The notes beneath the pieces are model-generated. The model was given only the letters and a program-made list of their open reading frames with translations. It had not been told where the DNA came from and made no database searches. A stretch of DNA of 64,000 nucleotides from Mantamonas sphyraenae STR306. Its lineage: Eukaryota; Protista; CRuMs. Positions within the stretch are counted from its first letter, which is position 1. Every line of letters begins with the position of its first letter. This document shows, piece by piece, positions 38,780 to 50,532 of this stretch. The stretch lies in assembly GCA_026936335.1 (NCBI GenBank), contig JAPMXV010000037.1, positions 186,001 to 250,000 on the forward strand, written 5' to 3'. The position numbers were made by a program, and so were the translations under genes.

Positions 38780-41642
38780 ATGCCCGCCAAGCGCAAGAGC
38801 ACTCGCAAGAAGCCGGAGGGCAGCAAGAAGCGCATGGGATCGACAGACAGTTCGGAGAGCAGCAGCACGGAACGATCTGTGCCCATGACTCTTGCAGAGC
38901 TGCCCACGCCGCCGCCAGCAAGGCAGCAGCGTCACAGCAAGAAGTGGACGAAGGAAGAGGTAAGCAAACGCGCGATGTGCGATGATGAGCACACGTGACA
39001 CAGCCACACACACAAGTCTGTGTGTGTGTGCAATGTGTGTCCACGGCACAGGTGTGTACCCGTGTGCATGAGTGTCCACTGTGGGCCTGTGGTGCCGTGC
39101 AACCGGGTGGGTTGTTTTGGCGCGCTTTCGTCACGCAAAAACACACCCCCCCTTTGCCACCCGCAGGCAGCGCATCCAGGTTGGGCATTGTGCATGAATA
39201 TCAGGTCAACAGCAAGAACATACTGCGTCCTGTGTTTGCATGTGCTCCATACGTGAGCCATACACGCAACCAGGGGCGGCCCCACCCAGGAGGGGTGAAA
39301 AGAGACGCGACCTTTTCCCGCTTTCGCCGTCCACACAGTCTGCTGACACAACCACAACCACATGTGACCCAATGACCCCTCCCCGTCTTTTCCCCTTCAC
39401 CACACACACACACACACACACACACACACCACGTCTCCAGGATGCGAAACTGTGCGAGGCTGTAAAGCTCCACAAGGCCAAGAACTGGAAGCGCATTGCG
39501 CAGTACTTCCCGGACCGCACGGACGTGCAGTGCCTTCACCGTTGGCAAAAGGTGCTGAACCCGGATCTGGTCAAGGGACCGTGGACGCCTGCGGAGGACC
39601 AAAAGGTGCGGGAGCTGGTGGGGGTGTACGGCCCGAAGAAGTGGTCGCTGATTGCCAGCCACCTGCCGGGTCGCATCGGCAAGCAGTGCCGCGAGAGGTG
39701 GCACAATCACCTGGACCCGTCGATCAACCGTGGGCCGTGGACACCCGAGGAGGACAAGATCATTGAGGAGGCGGTGATGCGCATCGGGTGCCGGTGGGCG
39801 GAGATCTCCAAACTGCTGGTGGGACGCACGGACAACGCGATCAAGAACCACTGGAACTCGGCCATGAAGCGCAAGATGCGCAAGGATGGCAAGACGGCAG
39901 GAGGAGGCAGTGGAGGTAGTGCAGGGGGTGGAGGAGGAGGCGGTGGTGGAGGTGGCAGTGCCAGCAAGCATGGGTCGGCAAGCAAGAGCGCGGGCCGCAA
40001 GACTCCCAGCAAGGGAGGGCGCGGGGGACGACGATCGGGCAGCACGCCACGCAAGGGCGGGCGTGGTGGTGGTGGTGGTGGCAGCGGGGTGGACCTCAAC
40101 GCGGAGCCGCCGTCGGAAAAGGTGAGCCTGACGAGCCCGTGGGACATGCAATCGTTGCAGTTGGAAGTGAACGGCAACGGGTTTGACGCGTCGGTGATGG
40201 ACACGGCCGGCAGCGGCAGCGGGGGCAGCCGCGGAGGCAGCCGTGCAAGCAGTCGCAACAGCAACCGTGGTGGGGGAGGCACGACGAGCACGACGAGCAC
40301 ATCGAGCAGCACCATGGCGGTGGAAGACGTGGCGGGCAAAAAGACAGGTGGGGGTGCGGTGGTGCGTATGGAAGTGGATCGTGGCGATGTGGAGGACGAC
40401 GACGACGTGGACGAAGACGACATGGTGGGCAGCAGCGGAGGCCGAGGGCGCCACCATCATCACCACCACCACCACCACGACCAGGAGGAGGAGGAGGACG
40501 AGGACGAAGGATACTCGATGCCGTCGATTCTGAGCAAGGGCAGCTCCAGGAAACGCAAGCGTCCGGTGTTGGCCATTGATGACCCAGAGTCGCTGCGCAT
40601 GTCTGCGGTGTCGCCTGCAAGCAGCCGGGAGTCTGCGTCGCCGTCGAATCCGGACAGTGCCAACTCGCTGTCGTACGCGCAGCACTACGAGGCGGTGGCC
40701 AACCTGCTGCCGATGGCGCAGACGAGTGCGTCGTCGGAGGACAACAACAACATGTTTTACAACCTGCTGCGTGAGGCACAGACCAAACGCCAGCGTGTGG
40801 GCAGCCCCGGCACGCCGGCGCCGGTGGAGGTGAGCATGAGTGCGCGCTTTTCGGCCATCAACGAGCGCATCAACAGGCCCTCGCCACACGTGCACGTCCA
40901 CACACCCACCCTGGAGGTGATGGGCTCCTCTCTGTCGGTAAACACCACAGGCACGCCCAGCCAGGGGCGCGGGGCAGGCGCAGCATCATCGTCGTCGTCA
41001 TCATCGTATCATTATCACAATCTGCAGCAGGTGCAGAGTCACAACGGGGGCCACAGCAACGGCAAGAGGGGTAACAGCAACAACAGCAGCAGCAACAGCA
41101 GCAGCAGCAGCAGCAGTTCCAGCATGGGCACGCCGCAGCACGGCATGGGGGCCGGGCAGCAGTATGGGCTGGGTCCGCTGTCGGAGAAGCTGCTGGCGAC
41201 GCCGACGCCACGATCTGCGTCTGGTCGCCGGCTGGCACACGAGGAATTGCCGCCTGCGCTGACGTCGCCGAGCACACTGAACAAGTTCCTGGCCAGTCCG
41301 GCGACGGTGCAGTCGCTGAACGAAAACTCGCCGAGCAACGCAATGCCCAGCGGGATGCGACACCACTTTGCGGCTCAGCAGGACAGGCAACGGTTCCTGG
41401 AGAGTATGATGGGCAGCAACGACGAGGCGGCGCACGAGAGCGAGGCGTGGGCGGCGATCGACATGTTGCAGAGCAACGACAAGTCGGATCTGCTCATGCA
41501 GGCTCACAGGATGTTGGAGTCGTCCGGAGGCGCACCGGAATCGTCCAGCTCCTCGTCCGGCCCGCTGGACGATCTCTTCCGCGATGTCAAGGAGATGATG
41601 GGCACGCCGTCGAAGCACAGTTTCTTTGCCGGGGGACTTTGA
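38780..41642 (+). CDS. Three-repeat (R1R2R3) MYB transcription factor; intron 38960-39440
   Basis: KKWTKEE|[70 protein letters not shown]; long low-complexity C-terminus with TP/SP sites. Confidence 0.95.
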
Positions 41643-41677
41643 CACCCCTTCATTGCCCCCCCCCCCTGCCCCCCAAC

Positions 41678-41717
<40 letters not shown>

Positions 41718-41806
41718 GTTCCTTGGAAACGGATTGGTGGGAAGCAAATGGGGAGATTCGCGAGCGAGTGGGAAAACAACAACAAAAACCAAAGTCGCAC
41801 GCAAAG

Positions 41807-42421
41807 ATGTCCAAGACATACACCATGGATGAGGTGAAGGAGCACAACAAGATGAACGATGCATGGGTGGTGATCCACGGCAAGGTGTACGATGTCACAG
41901 AATACCTGTATGACCACCCGGGAGGAGACGACGTGCTGTTTGGTATGTTGGACAACCGCCCACGTGTACGCACACACACACACCGCCACAACAGTGCACA
42001 GGTGCATATGGCACCATGTGTATGTACACTTGCATTTCAGAATTTGCATGTTTGTCCTTTCCCAACCATCGCACGTCCTGTCGGGAGGTTTTTTTGGAGC
42101 CTGAAAGGCCCAAAATGCTCCTACGCCCTCAAGGCGCCCTTCGCACAACGACTCTGAGCTCTCTTTGGCTCTTGCCCACCCGCGCTCCCCGATTGTGTGT
42201 GTGCGCGCGCGTATGAGTGCCCTGAGCGCATCAGCGTGTGATGGTGAGTCTTTGGCGCTGACACCCGAGTTGCCGTTTTCGGACCCTCTGCTTCCATCGT
42301 GCTCACCCACCACGCAGCCGAGACTGGAGGCGACGGGACAGCCGAGTTTGACGCACAGGGACACAGCGACGAGGCCTTTGAGGAGATGAAGGAATACTAC
42401 ATTGGTGATCTGGCGCAGTGA
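41807..42421 (+). CDS. Cytochrome b5 heme-binding domain protein without membrane anchor (~79 aa); intron 41943-42317
   Basis: [21 protein letters not shown]..|..[20 protein letters not shown]. Confidence 0.9.
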
Positions 42422-42581
42422 TGACAAGGCGGCCAGGAGGAGGGTGTGTCAGGACACAGGCCTTTTTCCACGTCAACGAATCCCATGTGTCCCCTTTTAT
42501 CACCATGTCATCTTCACCCACACACGCACACACACACACACACAATCACACACACACACTGTGTGTCTTTGTGGCATCCGA

Positions 42582-43850
42582 TCAGTCGTCGACCCAATTG
42601 CTGATGAGTTCAAACTGAATCTCCTCGTCCACGTCGCCCAGGGCCGAGGCAGAGGAGTCTTCGTTGGAAGCCTGTTGCAGTTGCAAGTGTAGTTTTGCGT
42701 CTCGCATGTCATCGTCATCGTCGCCGTCGCCCAGGTCGATTTGGACGCCTCGGTAGACCAGGGGAACCTCGCTGGGGTGGGAGGGCAGTGGTTCCGTGAC
42801 AAAGTAGTCGTGGAGGAGGGCCACGTCGGCACTCAGCCGTTTGCTGGGGTTCATGATGAGAAGGGAGGAGAGGAGGTCCAAGGCTTGCTCGTCTGCGTTG
42901 GGAGCCAAGTCCTCCCACGGCGTGGGCTCAAACTCGGGAAAGGAGATCTTTTTAAAGTCGGGCAGGTCCGTAAGACCCGGCCAGGAGTCTTCACTGGGCG
43001 ATCCCAAGGTGCGTAGGACGCGATAGAGTTGGTCGATGTCGTTTTCGCCGGCAAACAAGGGTGAGCCGTTGAGCATCTCCCCAAAGATGCACCCCACCGC
43101 CCACATGTCCACGCTGTAGTCGTACTCTTTGGCACCAAATAGTAATTCGGGTGCACGGTACCATCGGGTGGCCACCTGATGTGAATACTTGTCGCCTGCC
43201 TCGTCCGTGTGCACGCGAGCAAGGCCAAAGTCGGCCAGCTTCAAAACGCCCCCCGCACTGATGAGTAGATTGGCTGGTTTGATGTCTCTGTGAATGATGC
43301 GATTGGCATGGCACTCGGCCAGGCCTTGGAGCAGTTGTTGCAGGATGCACTTGATGTCTGCAGCACACAGAGGCTGTTGTCGCTCTCGTAGCAACTGACT
43401 CAGGTCGGTGACCATGTAATCAAACACAAGCACCATGCCCAGTCCAAACGCAAACACACGTCGCAGTCGAATGATGTTGTCATGTTCCAACGCCTGCAGT
43501 GCCTTGATTTCCCTCAGCGCCGCCGTCGGGATGCCCTCGCCCAACGAACGCAAACGCACCTTTTTCAGTGCCACATACTCCCCCGTGGCCACCTCTTTCG
43601 CCTTCAGCACAACCCCAAACGTGCCTTCGCCCAGCCAGGCAAATGATGAGAAAGCGTCGATTGTGTGAGTTGTTGTTGTCTTGGTGGTGCCAGCGATGGT
43701 TTCACGTGGGTCCCAAATCTGCAGAGTAGATGCAATGGTGCTTGCAGGGAGGAGTGGGGAGACATGCGACTGACAACAATGACGAGGGGAGGCATGCCCA
43801 CAAACCCACAAACCACACACACATTGAGGAAGCACAAAATCAGAATCCAT
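42582..43850 (-). CDS. CDK20: Cyclin-dependent kinase 20 (CCRK/LF2-like); first exon(s) uncertain
   Basis: GEGTFG, PTAALREIKALQ, HRDIKPAN, YSHQVATRWYRAPELLFGA, PLFAGENDIDQL. Confidence 0.85.
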   Translation of the reverse strand: MDSDFVLPQCVCGLWVCGHASPRHCCQSHVSPLLPASTIASTLQIWDPRETIAGTTKTTTTHTIDAFSSFAWLGEGTFGVVLKAKEVATGEYVALKKVRLRSLGEGIPTAALREIKALQALEHDNIIRLRRVFAFGLGMVLVFDYMVTDLSQLLRERQQPLCAADIKCILQQLLQGLAECHANRIIHRDIKPANLLISAGGVLKLADFGLARVHTDEAGDKYSHQVATRWYRAPELLFGAKEYDYSVDMWAVGCIFGEMLNGSPLFAGENDIDQLYRVLRTLGSPSEDSWPGLTDLPDFKKISFPEFEPTPWEDLAPNADEQALDLLSSLLIMNPSKRLSADVALLHDYFVTEPLPSHPSEVPLVYRGVQIDLGDGDDDDDMRDAKLHLQLQQASNEDSSASALGDVDEEIQFELISNWVDD

Positions 43851-43937
43851 TCGGCTGTTCTTGCGCCTGCTTTGCCACTTGTCAGCACACTTTGTTGTGG
43901 GTGCTGTTGTTTTTCGAAACCTGTTGGGGGAGTTGTG

Positions 43938-43968
<31 letters not shown>

Positions 43969-44030
43969 ATGAAACACAGCACCGCGGCTGCTGGCGCCCC
44001 TCACTCGCTGCTGCTGGCCTCCGCCTGGCT

Positions 44031-46737
44031 TCACATGTCCTCCTCGCCGCCGCTGCCGTTGAGCATGTGGCCGAGGATGTCCTTGGCATACTTGAGGCGG
44101 TTGTGGAGGGAGGAATTGTCCGAGGCCATGATGCTGGACAGGGAGTGCATGCTGGTGTTGCGCTGCTTGTCCACGTACATGACATTCTTGGCGCCGTGGC
44201 TGAGGATCACCTTGCTGTGGTCGAAAAAGTTGACCTGCACCACCCGGTTGCTCAGGCGGAACACGATGGCGTGCTTGGTGCGGAACCAGCGCTTGACCGC
44301 GGGCAGGTCGCTCGTGCGCGACTCCTGCATCTTGGGCAGCGACTCGGCCGCGTCCTTGAGCTTGTCCTCCGTCATGTAGTTGCGGAAGTACTTCAGCAGC
44401 GTGATCTTCTTCTTCATGTCCGAGGGATACTCCGTCAGCGTCATGGTTTCCCGGGCAATCGAGCTGCTCTTGCCCTTGTGGTACGGCACGTACTCCACGT
44501 GGGTCTCGTCCGCCGCCAGCGTGATCTTGGTGGCGTCGTTGAAGTACACGCCGATGACCCCGTTGCTCAGCTGGTACCCGAGCCCATACTTGTTCGAGTA
44601 GTCCACCCACTTGGTCACAAACACCGCAGGCACGCTCTTGGACACCTGGTACTCGTCCGACAGCGCACTCTTGGCCAGCTGCGCCCGGTGCTTCTTGTTC
44701 GGCGAGTGCGCCTGTGCAAATCCCAGAATCAGCTGCCTCTGCATGTTGCCCAGGTCCACACGGTCCTCCTCCTCGCTGTGGATCTCCTGCTGTGCCATCT
44801 CCTCCTCAGACTCCTCCTTGCTGTTGCTGCTCGTGCGTCGTGTAGCCTCGGCCTCGATCTCCTCAATCGAGTTGTCCTCGCTGCTGCTGATGCCGCCGTC
44901 CACCGCAATCACATTCACCTTGGGTGCGCGCAGCTTGCTCATGCCGCCGCTGCCAAAGTGCTGAGGCTGCAGGCGGTTCTCGCCCATGTTCTCTGTGTCC
45001 TGTGCCGCTTCTGCGGTGGTGGTGGTGGCGGCGGTGTCGTCGCCGCCCGACACCGCATACTTGGCGGCGCTGCTGCTGTTCTTGCGTGACTTGAACCCCG
45101 TCAGGAAGCCCGTGGTTGTCTTTTTGCCACTGCCGCTGCCACCAGCCGATTCGTCGTCGCCGTCGCCGCCGCCGATGTTCTTCAGTTCGCCCAGGGCCAT
45201 GCGTGTGTGGCTGCTCGACTCGCCGTACTCCTTGCCGCTGGTGCTGCTGCTGCTGCTGCTGCTGCCGCTGCGTCCCACGTCGTCGCCGGCAAAGGCGGTG
45301 CCTTCTGCGTTGAGCTTGGGGGCAGAGTACAGGCAGGAGGACGGGATGAATTGGGGCATGTGCAGGCGCTCAAAGAACGGATGGGCCTCGATCTCCTCCA
45401 GGGTCAGGCGCTTCTCAGGCTCCAGCACAAGGATGCGAGAGATGAGGTCGCGGGCCTCGTTGCTGATGGTGCAGCCGCGCGGGAAACTGTAGTCGTTGTG
45501 ACGAATCTTGCGGTACGTGCTCTTCACGTCGCGCGTCTGGAAGGGCGGCGTGCCCACCAGAAAGGTGTAGATGATGACACCCAGGGACCAGATGTCCACC
45601 TCAAAGCCGTGGCCTCCGGCCTTGTTGTTGAGGATCTCCGGGGCGATGTAGTTCGGGGTGCCGCACAGCGTCTTGCGCTTCTCGCGCGCATGCGACAGCT
45701 TCGTGGCAAGGCCAAAGTCGCCAATTTTCACGTCCATGTTGGAGTTGAGAAAGAGGTTGCCCAACTTGAGGTCCCGGTGGATGATGTTCTTGCGCTTCAT
45801 AAACTTCAGCGCAGCCACAAGCTGTGCCGTGTAGTATGCCGCCTCGGGCTCCGTCAGGCTGCGACGACGCTTCAGGAACTCCATGAAGCTCTTGTTCTTG
45901 CAGATCTCCAGGATGATGTACACGTTCGTCTTGTCCTCAAAGTACTTTTCAAACTTGACCACGTACTGGTGGCGGATCGAGCGATGGATTTCAATCTCGC
46001 TCTTGAGCTGCACACATGATGTGCGTGCAAGGAAGTGCGTGTGTGGAAGCGCGGAGCGAGGAGTGTGTGTGAGTGGGGTCGCCTCCAGTTTGCTCGAAAC
46101 AACAGCGGAAAACGCGTTTCGAGCGCAAAAAGAGCCGTTCGCAGAGATCGTTTGAAAAGGCGATCTTGGGCGCGTGCGTACCTTCTGGCGAGCCTTTTCC
46201 TTGACGATGGAGCGCTTCTCCACCACCTTGACGGCGTAGATGTGGTTTGTTTGCGGGTCCTTGAGCTCATAGCACTTTGCAAATCCGCCCTGTGGGTGTG
46301 TGGAAAGGTGTGAGCGAAACGAGTCAAGAGTCAGAGAGCCGTTTGCGCGCGCCCTTTTTTTTTGAACTGGCCCAACGTACCTTGCCGAGCAGGTTGCCCA
46401 CCTTGTAGCGGATGGGGGTGCCTGACGAGCGATCCTCAATGGTCTTGTGCCAGCGCTTGCTGTCGCTGGTGGTGGCTGAGGAAGAGGAAGAAGAGGTGCT
46501 GGCCGTGGTCTTGCTCAGGGAGGAGAAGTGCGCGGTGGGCTTTCGCGAGGCGGACGAATACGCAGCGGTGGTGCTGGTGCCGTACGTACGGGCGCTGGAC
46601 GAGGAGGCAGGTCGGTAGTAGCCTGAAGATGAAGAGCCAATGGTGCTACTTGCGGTCTTGGTGGACGTGGAGGCGTAGGAGCCGAGCATGTGGCTGCGGC
46701 GGGTGGAAGTGTAACCGAGGTCGACTTTGGATGACAT
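44031..46737 (-). CDS. PLK1: Polo-like kinase; introns 46290-46380 and 46008-46181
   Basis: LGK|GGFAKCY, HRDLKLGN, KTLCGTPNYIAPE; polo boxes VTKWVDYSNKYGLGYQL and VQVNFFDHSKVIL. Confidence 0.95.
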
Positions 46738-46978
46738 GATGAGTGGCTCGGTGGTGAGTGGTGCTGATGATGTGATGGGTGCGGTGCAGGTGTAGTGCAG
46801 TGTGGAAGGGGATGTGTGCAAGTGTGCTTGCGGTTGATGGGTGAGTTGTGCACCGGAGGGTGAGGTGTTGTTTTTGTTGGTTTTGCGGCGCTGCCCTGCG
46901 CTCACACTTCTCGTTCCTTCCTCCCCCACCACCGCCCGTTCTGTGCCTCCACCGATGGCACCTGCACACATGTGGTGC

Positions 46979-49288
46979 TCAACGTACGCCAAACAGAGGC
47001 AGGAGCTGCTTGCGAAGCTGACCCAGACCGGCTGTCCAGTAGCGGAGGATGTGCAGATCCTCTTGCTTGACACCGAGGAGGGCACACAGCTGCATCTGGG
47101 TGGCCTCAAGCTGGGTGTTGGACAGGGCACGGAAACGGTGAAACACCTTTGTCTTGCCCATCCAGTCGATTTGAAGGCGATCGAGACGCATGAGGGCAAA
47201 CTCGTACTCGTAGTCGTCGTTGAATAAGATATGGCGCAGCTGCTTGCCCAGGGTGGTGGGCACCGCTTGGCCCTTGAATCGAAGCTGGAATGCTCTCCAG
47301 AATGCAGGCACGTGCGCCTGCGGGTTGTACGTGGCGTTGGAAGGCGACGCAACCACAAGCACCTCTGCTGCCGTCGCCGTCGTGTTCTTGGATGGCGTGT
47401 CACCACCATACGTCGTCACAACCGTCGTGCTGCTTGCCTCGTCGTTTGCTTCCCTTGCTTCTTCCTCCTCCTCCTCCTCCTCCTCTTTCTCCTGCTGCTG
47501 CTGCTGCTGCTGCTGTTGTCGTTCCTCCTCCTCCTTGGTCCCGCCTGCAAACTCTGCGCTGTGCTCGTCGAGATCCAGCCCCAACGCAGCCGATTGGGAG
47601 ACGGCGGCGAGAGCAGTGATGAGTACGGAACCTTGTGGGTTGCCATCGATCTCTTGCTCTTCTTCGTCGTTGTCCCATCCCTGTTGCAGGGCGTCCGAGT
47701 CGTCGGTGGCGCCGATGACATCGAGAATGACCACGGTGTCGCGCAGCACATGCTTGGGCACAGGAGTGTCCAGAGGCATGCCCAGGAAGTTGCATTGCCA
47801 GGATTCCAGGTAGCGGGTGGAGTAATACACAGGGTTGCAACAGCGTTGGGGCACCAGGGTCTGCAGACAACGAAGAATCGACTCAACCATGGCCGGGTGT
47901 TGTCCACGCAACACAACCTGGTTGCCCACCAGCACATTGTACGCCACCACATGCATGGCTGCAGGTCCAATGCTGCGTGCCAGGCTGTACACATTGTCAA
48001 ACACCATCAGTGGAGGCTCATCATCATCATCATCCTGTGCCGCCACCGTCACCTCCTCCTCCTGCTCCAGAAGAAGGGTGCGACTGCTTGGTTGCCTGCC
48101 ACCTCCATTGCCGTTGCCATGGGATGGGTGGGATGAGACGGATTGCATGCTCATAAACAGATCGGCAGCCAGGTGGCGGCCGAGCACACGCTTTTCGGTG
48201 AGGCGGACGAGAAAGTTGCGCACACTCAGGCTCATGCACATGTGCAGCTTCTCAAACAGGTTGGTTGTGCCCAACAGGGTTTCGATGGGTCGCAGCATGG
48301 TCGAGTTGATGCGTCTGTGCACAGGAAGGTTGCGCCGTGCCTCCCCTTCCAGGTCGAATCGTGCGTTTGCTCGCTCCTCCATGTCGTTTGCCATGGTTTT
48401 AAAGTTGCGACCAAAGTGCTGTGTGGCCCACGAGTGGGTGGTCCGTGTTGCAATGTCAGCAAGTGGCGTGTGTTGATATCTGTGTGTTGGGAAACGAAAG
48501 GGGGGAACATACCTTCCACCCGGCAAGCAGGCCATACTTGTCCCTGTGCAGGATCATGAAGCTGTATCGACGGTTGAACCCACGTGCCTGGCTGTCACGC
48601 AGCTTAAAGGCATACGACAGCACGTGGCCGTTCTCATCGTCGCCAAACAGGACGGGCTCTTCGCTGAGGGCGATTTCGCAGCTGAGCGAACGCAAGCAGG
48701 CGGACCGTACGCGTGCAAACTCGCGCGTGTCTGGTCGACGCGTGCTGATGAAGCAGATCTGTGCGGTTGGAAACATGGGTGCATGCAGTGGGTCGTGGCA
48801 GAGTGGCTGTGTCAGCGTGGGCGGGCGGCCAAGGGCCTGTGGGAGCCAAAATCACTCACCTCGTGGAACCGATCGACGCTGATGTACCCCAGATCGTTGT
48901 CTGTGGCTTGACAGCACTTGGGTGCAGCCAGAGATTGTGTGGATGAGGCACGGGCGCTGTTTGCAGCGGAGGAGGAGGATGTGGTGGTGGTGGTGCTTGA
49001 TGGCGAGGAGGAAGAGGAGGAGGAGGAGGAGGAGGAGGACGCCAGCGTACGCGCCTGGATTGCCACCGTGTGGTCCACTACAGGTGGTTGAGATGATACA
49101 GAGGAAGGAGAGGAGGACGACGAGGAAGATGTGCGGTTGTTGTTGCTTGCCACAGGCAGAATGTCCATGTCAAAGAGGGTGCTGCGTGTGTTTGTGGGCA
49201 ACACGTGTGTGATCCACAACACACGAGGCCCATGCAGTTCGCAAAAGTGAGAAAACACGGCCAGGAGACCCCCCGAGGTGTCACCCAT
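46979..49288 (-). CDS. FLCN: Folliculin, multi-exon
   Basis: SHFCELHGPRVLW; VRSACLRSLSCE; FGDDENGHVLSYAFKLRDSQARGFNRRYS; NVLVGNQVVLRG; Y..SWQCNFLG; ILRYWTAGL. Confidence 0.9.
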
Positions 49289-49354
49289 GTCTTGTGTGTG
49301 TGTGTGTGTGCGTGTGTATGCGTGTGTGGTGTAAAGAGATTGTGTTTGTTCCCA

Positions 49355-50453
49355 TCACGCATGTCCTGTCTTGCTTTGCGTGTCAAGAGGCACCTCTTGC
49401 TTCTGATTGACCTCCACCACGGTTTGCGTGAGCTCGCGGCGTCGTGGCGACGCGGACGACGACCGGGAACACGTTTCGTGGATGCCCAGGTAGTTCAGAT
49501 GGTCCTCCACCTCGTGCGGGGCAAAGAACTGATCCGAGCAGTAGGGATCCTCTCCAGAGCCATCACACACCACATAATCACCCGTTTGGTTGTTGTAAAA
49601 GATTTCTGTGGGTGTGTGTTGGTAGCCAAGGTACTTGGGAGGCAGGTGCGGCACCGGATCCTTCCAGCGCACCACACGCTGCACCTGGTTCAGATTTTCT
49701 CCCACCGTGTCGTTCCAGTACAATGCCATGTCCTGGTTCCCTGGTCTGTGTATGTGTGTGTGTGTGTGAGAGAGAGCGTACATGGTGTCAGGGGGTGCGT
49801 TTGTGCTAAATCCCGTCCTCGCGTGTACACACCCGCATCAGCAAGTCTCCCACGTACCGAGGCTGGCCAAAGGTGATGTACGACCCGGGCATGGAGACGA
49901 TGTGCTGCTCGTGCAAGTCGAGGACGGCAAACCAGAGGAGAGCTGCGCCAAGGGAGTGGCCGGTGAAGACGGCTTCGTTGCAGGTGGGGCAGGCCTCGTT
50001 GACCACCTCCTGCCATGCCTCACGTGTGGCATTGGCCAACCGTTGGTAGGAACCGTACCAGCCGGCGTGGACACGGCATGTGTCGGCACACATGGGATAG
50101 GACACCTGTTTGGAGTCGATGTCCAGGTTGGCAATCCAGTTGCGCAGGTCGCTCTCCACCGTGCCCCGGAAGGCAAGGATGGCCCGGTTGTGGTCCGGTT
50201 GGTATCCAACAAACCCGTACGTGTCTGCCACCGGGTCGTGCAGGATGCGAGTCACCACTGTGCGTGGGGTGTCTTGGCACCACGGCTCGCACTCCCACGG
50301 CTGCAGCGCGTCCGGATCGCAGTACGTTGCGTATGCGTACATCAGAAACTGTTGTGCCATGTCTTTGTTCCACTCCACTGCTTCCACACCCGGCGGACTG
50401 CCACACAGCACCAGGAGGAGCAGCGCAACGAGAAAAGGGGCGGCGCGCTTCAT
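49355..50453 (-). CDS. Secreted class 3 lipase; one intron
   Basis: Signal peptide; AFRGT, VHAGW, TGHSLGAA, TFGQPR|PGN, DPVPHLPP, CDGSGEDPYCS, DHLNY. Confidence 0.9.
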
Positions 50454-50532
50454 GGAGGAGGTTTTTTTTGCTCACTTGACGCGCCGTCGCTGGTAAAGAA
50501 AAGGCCCCAAAGCATCCCAAACACATCTCGTC

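Noticed and set aside
38982-39346. Box C/D snoRNA in the MYB intron
   Set aside because: ATGATGA is present, but the next CTGA is ~360 nt away and looks like the branch point; no terminal stem.
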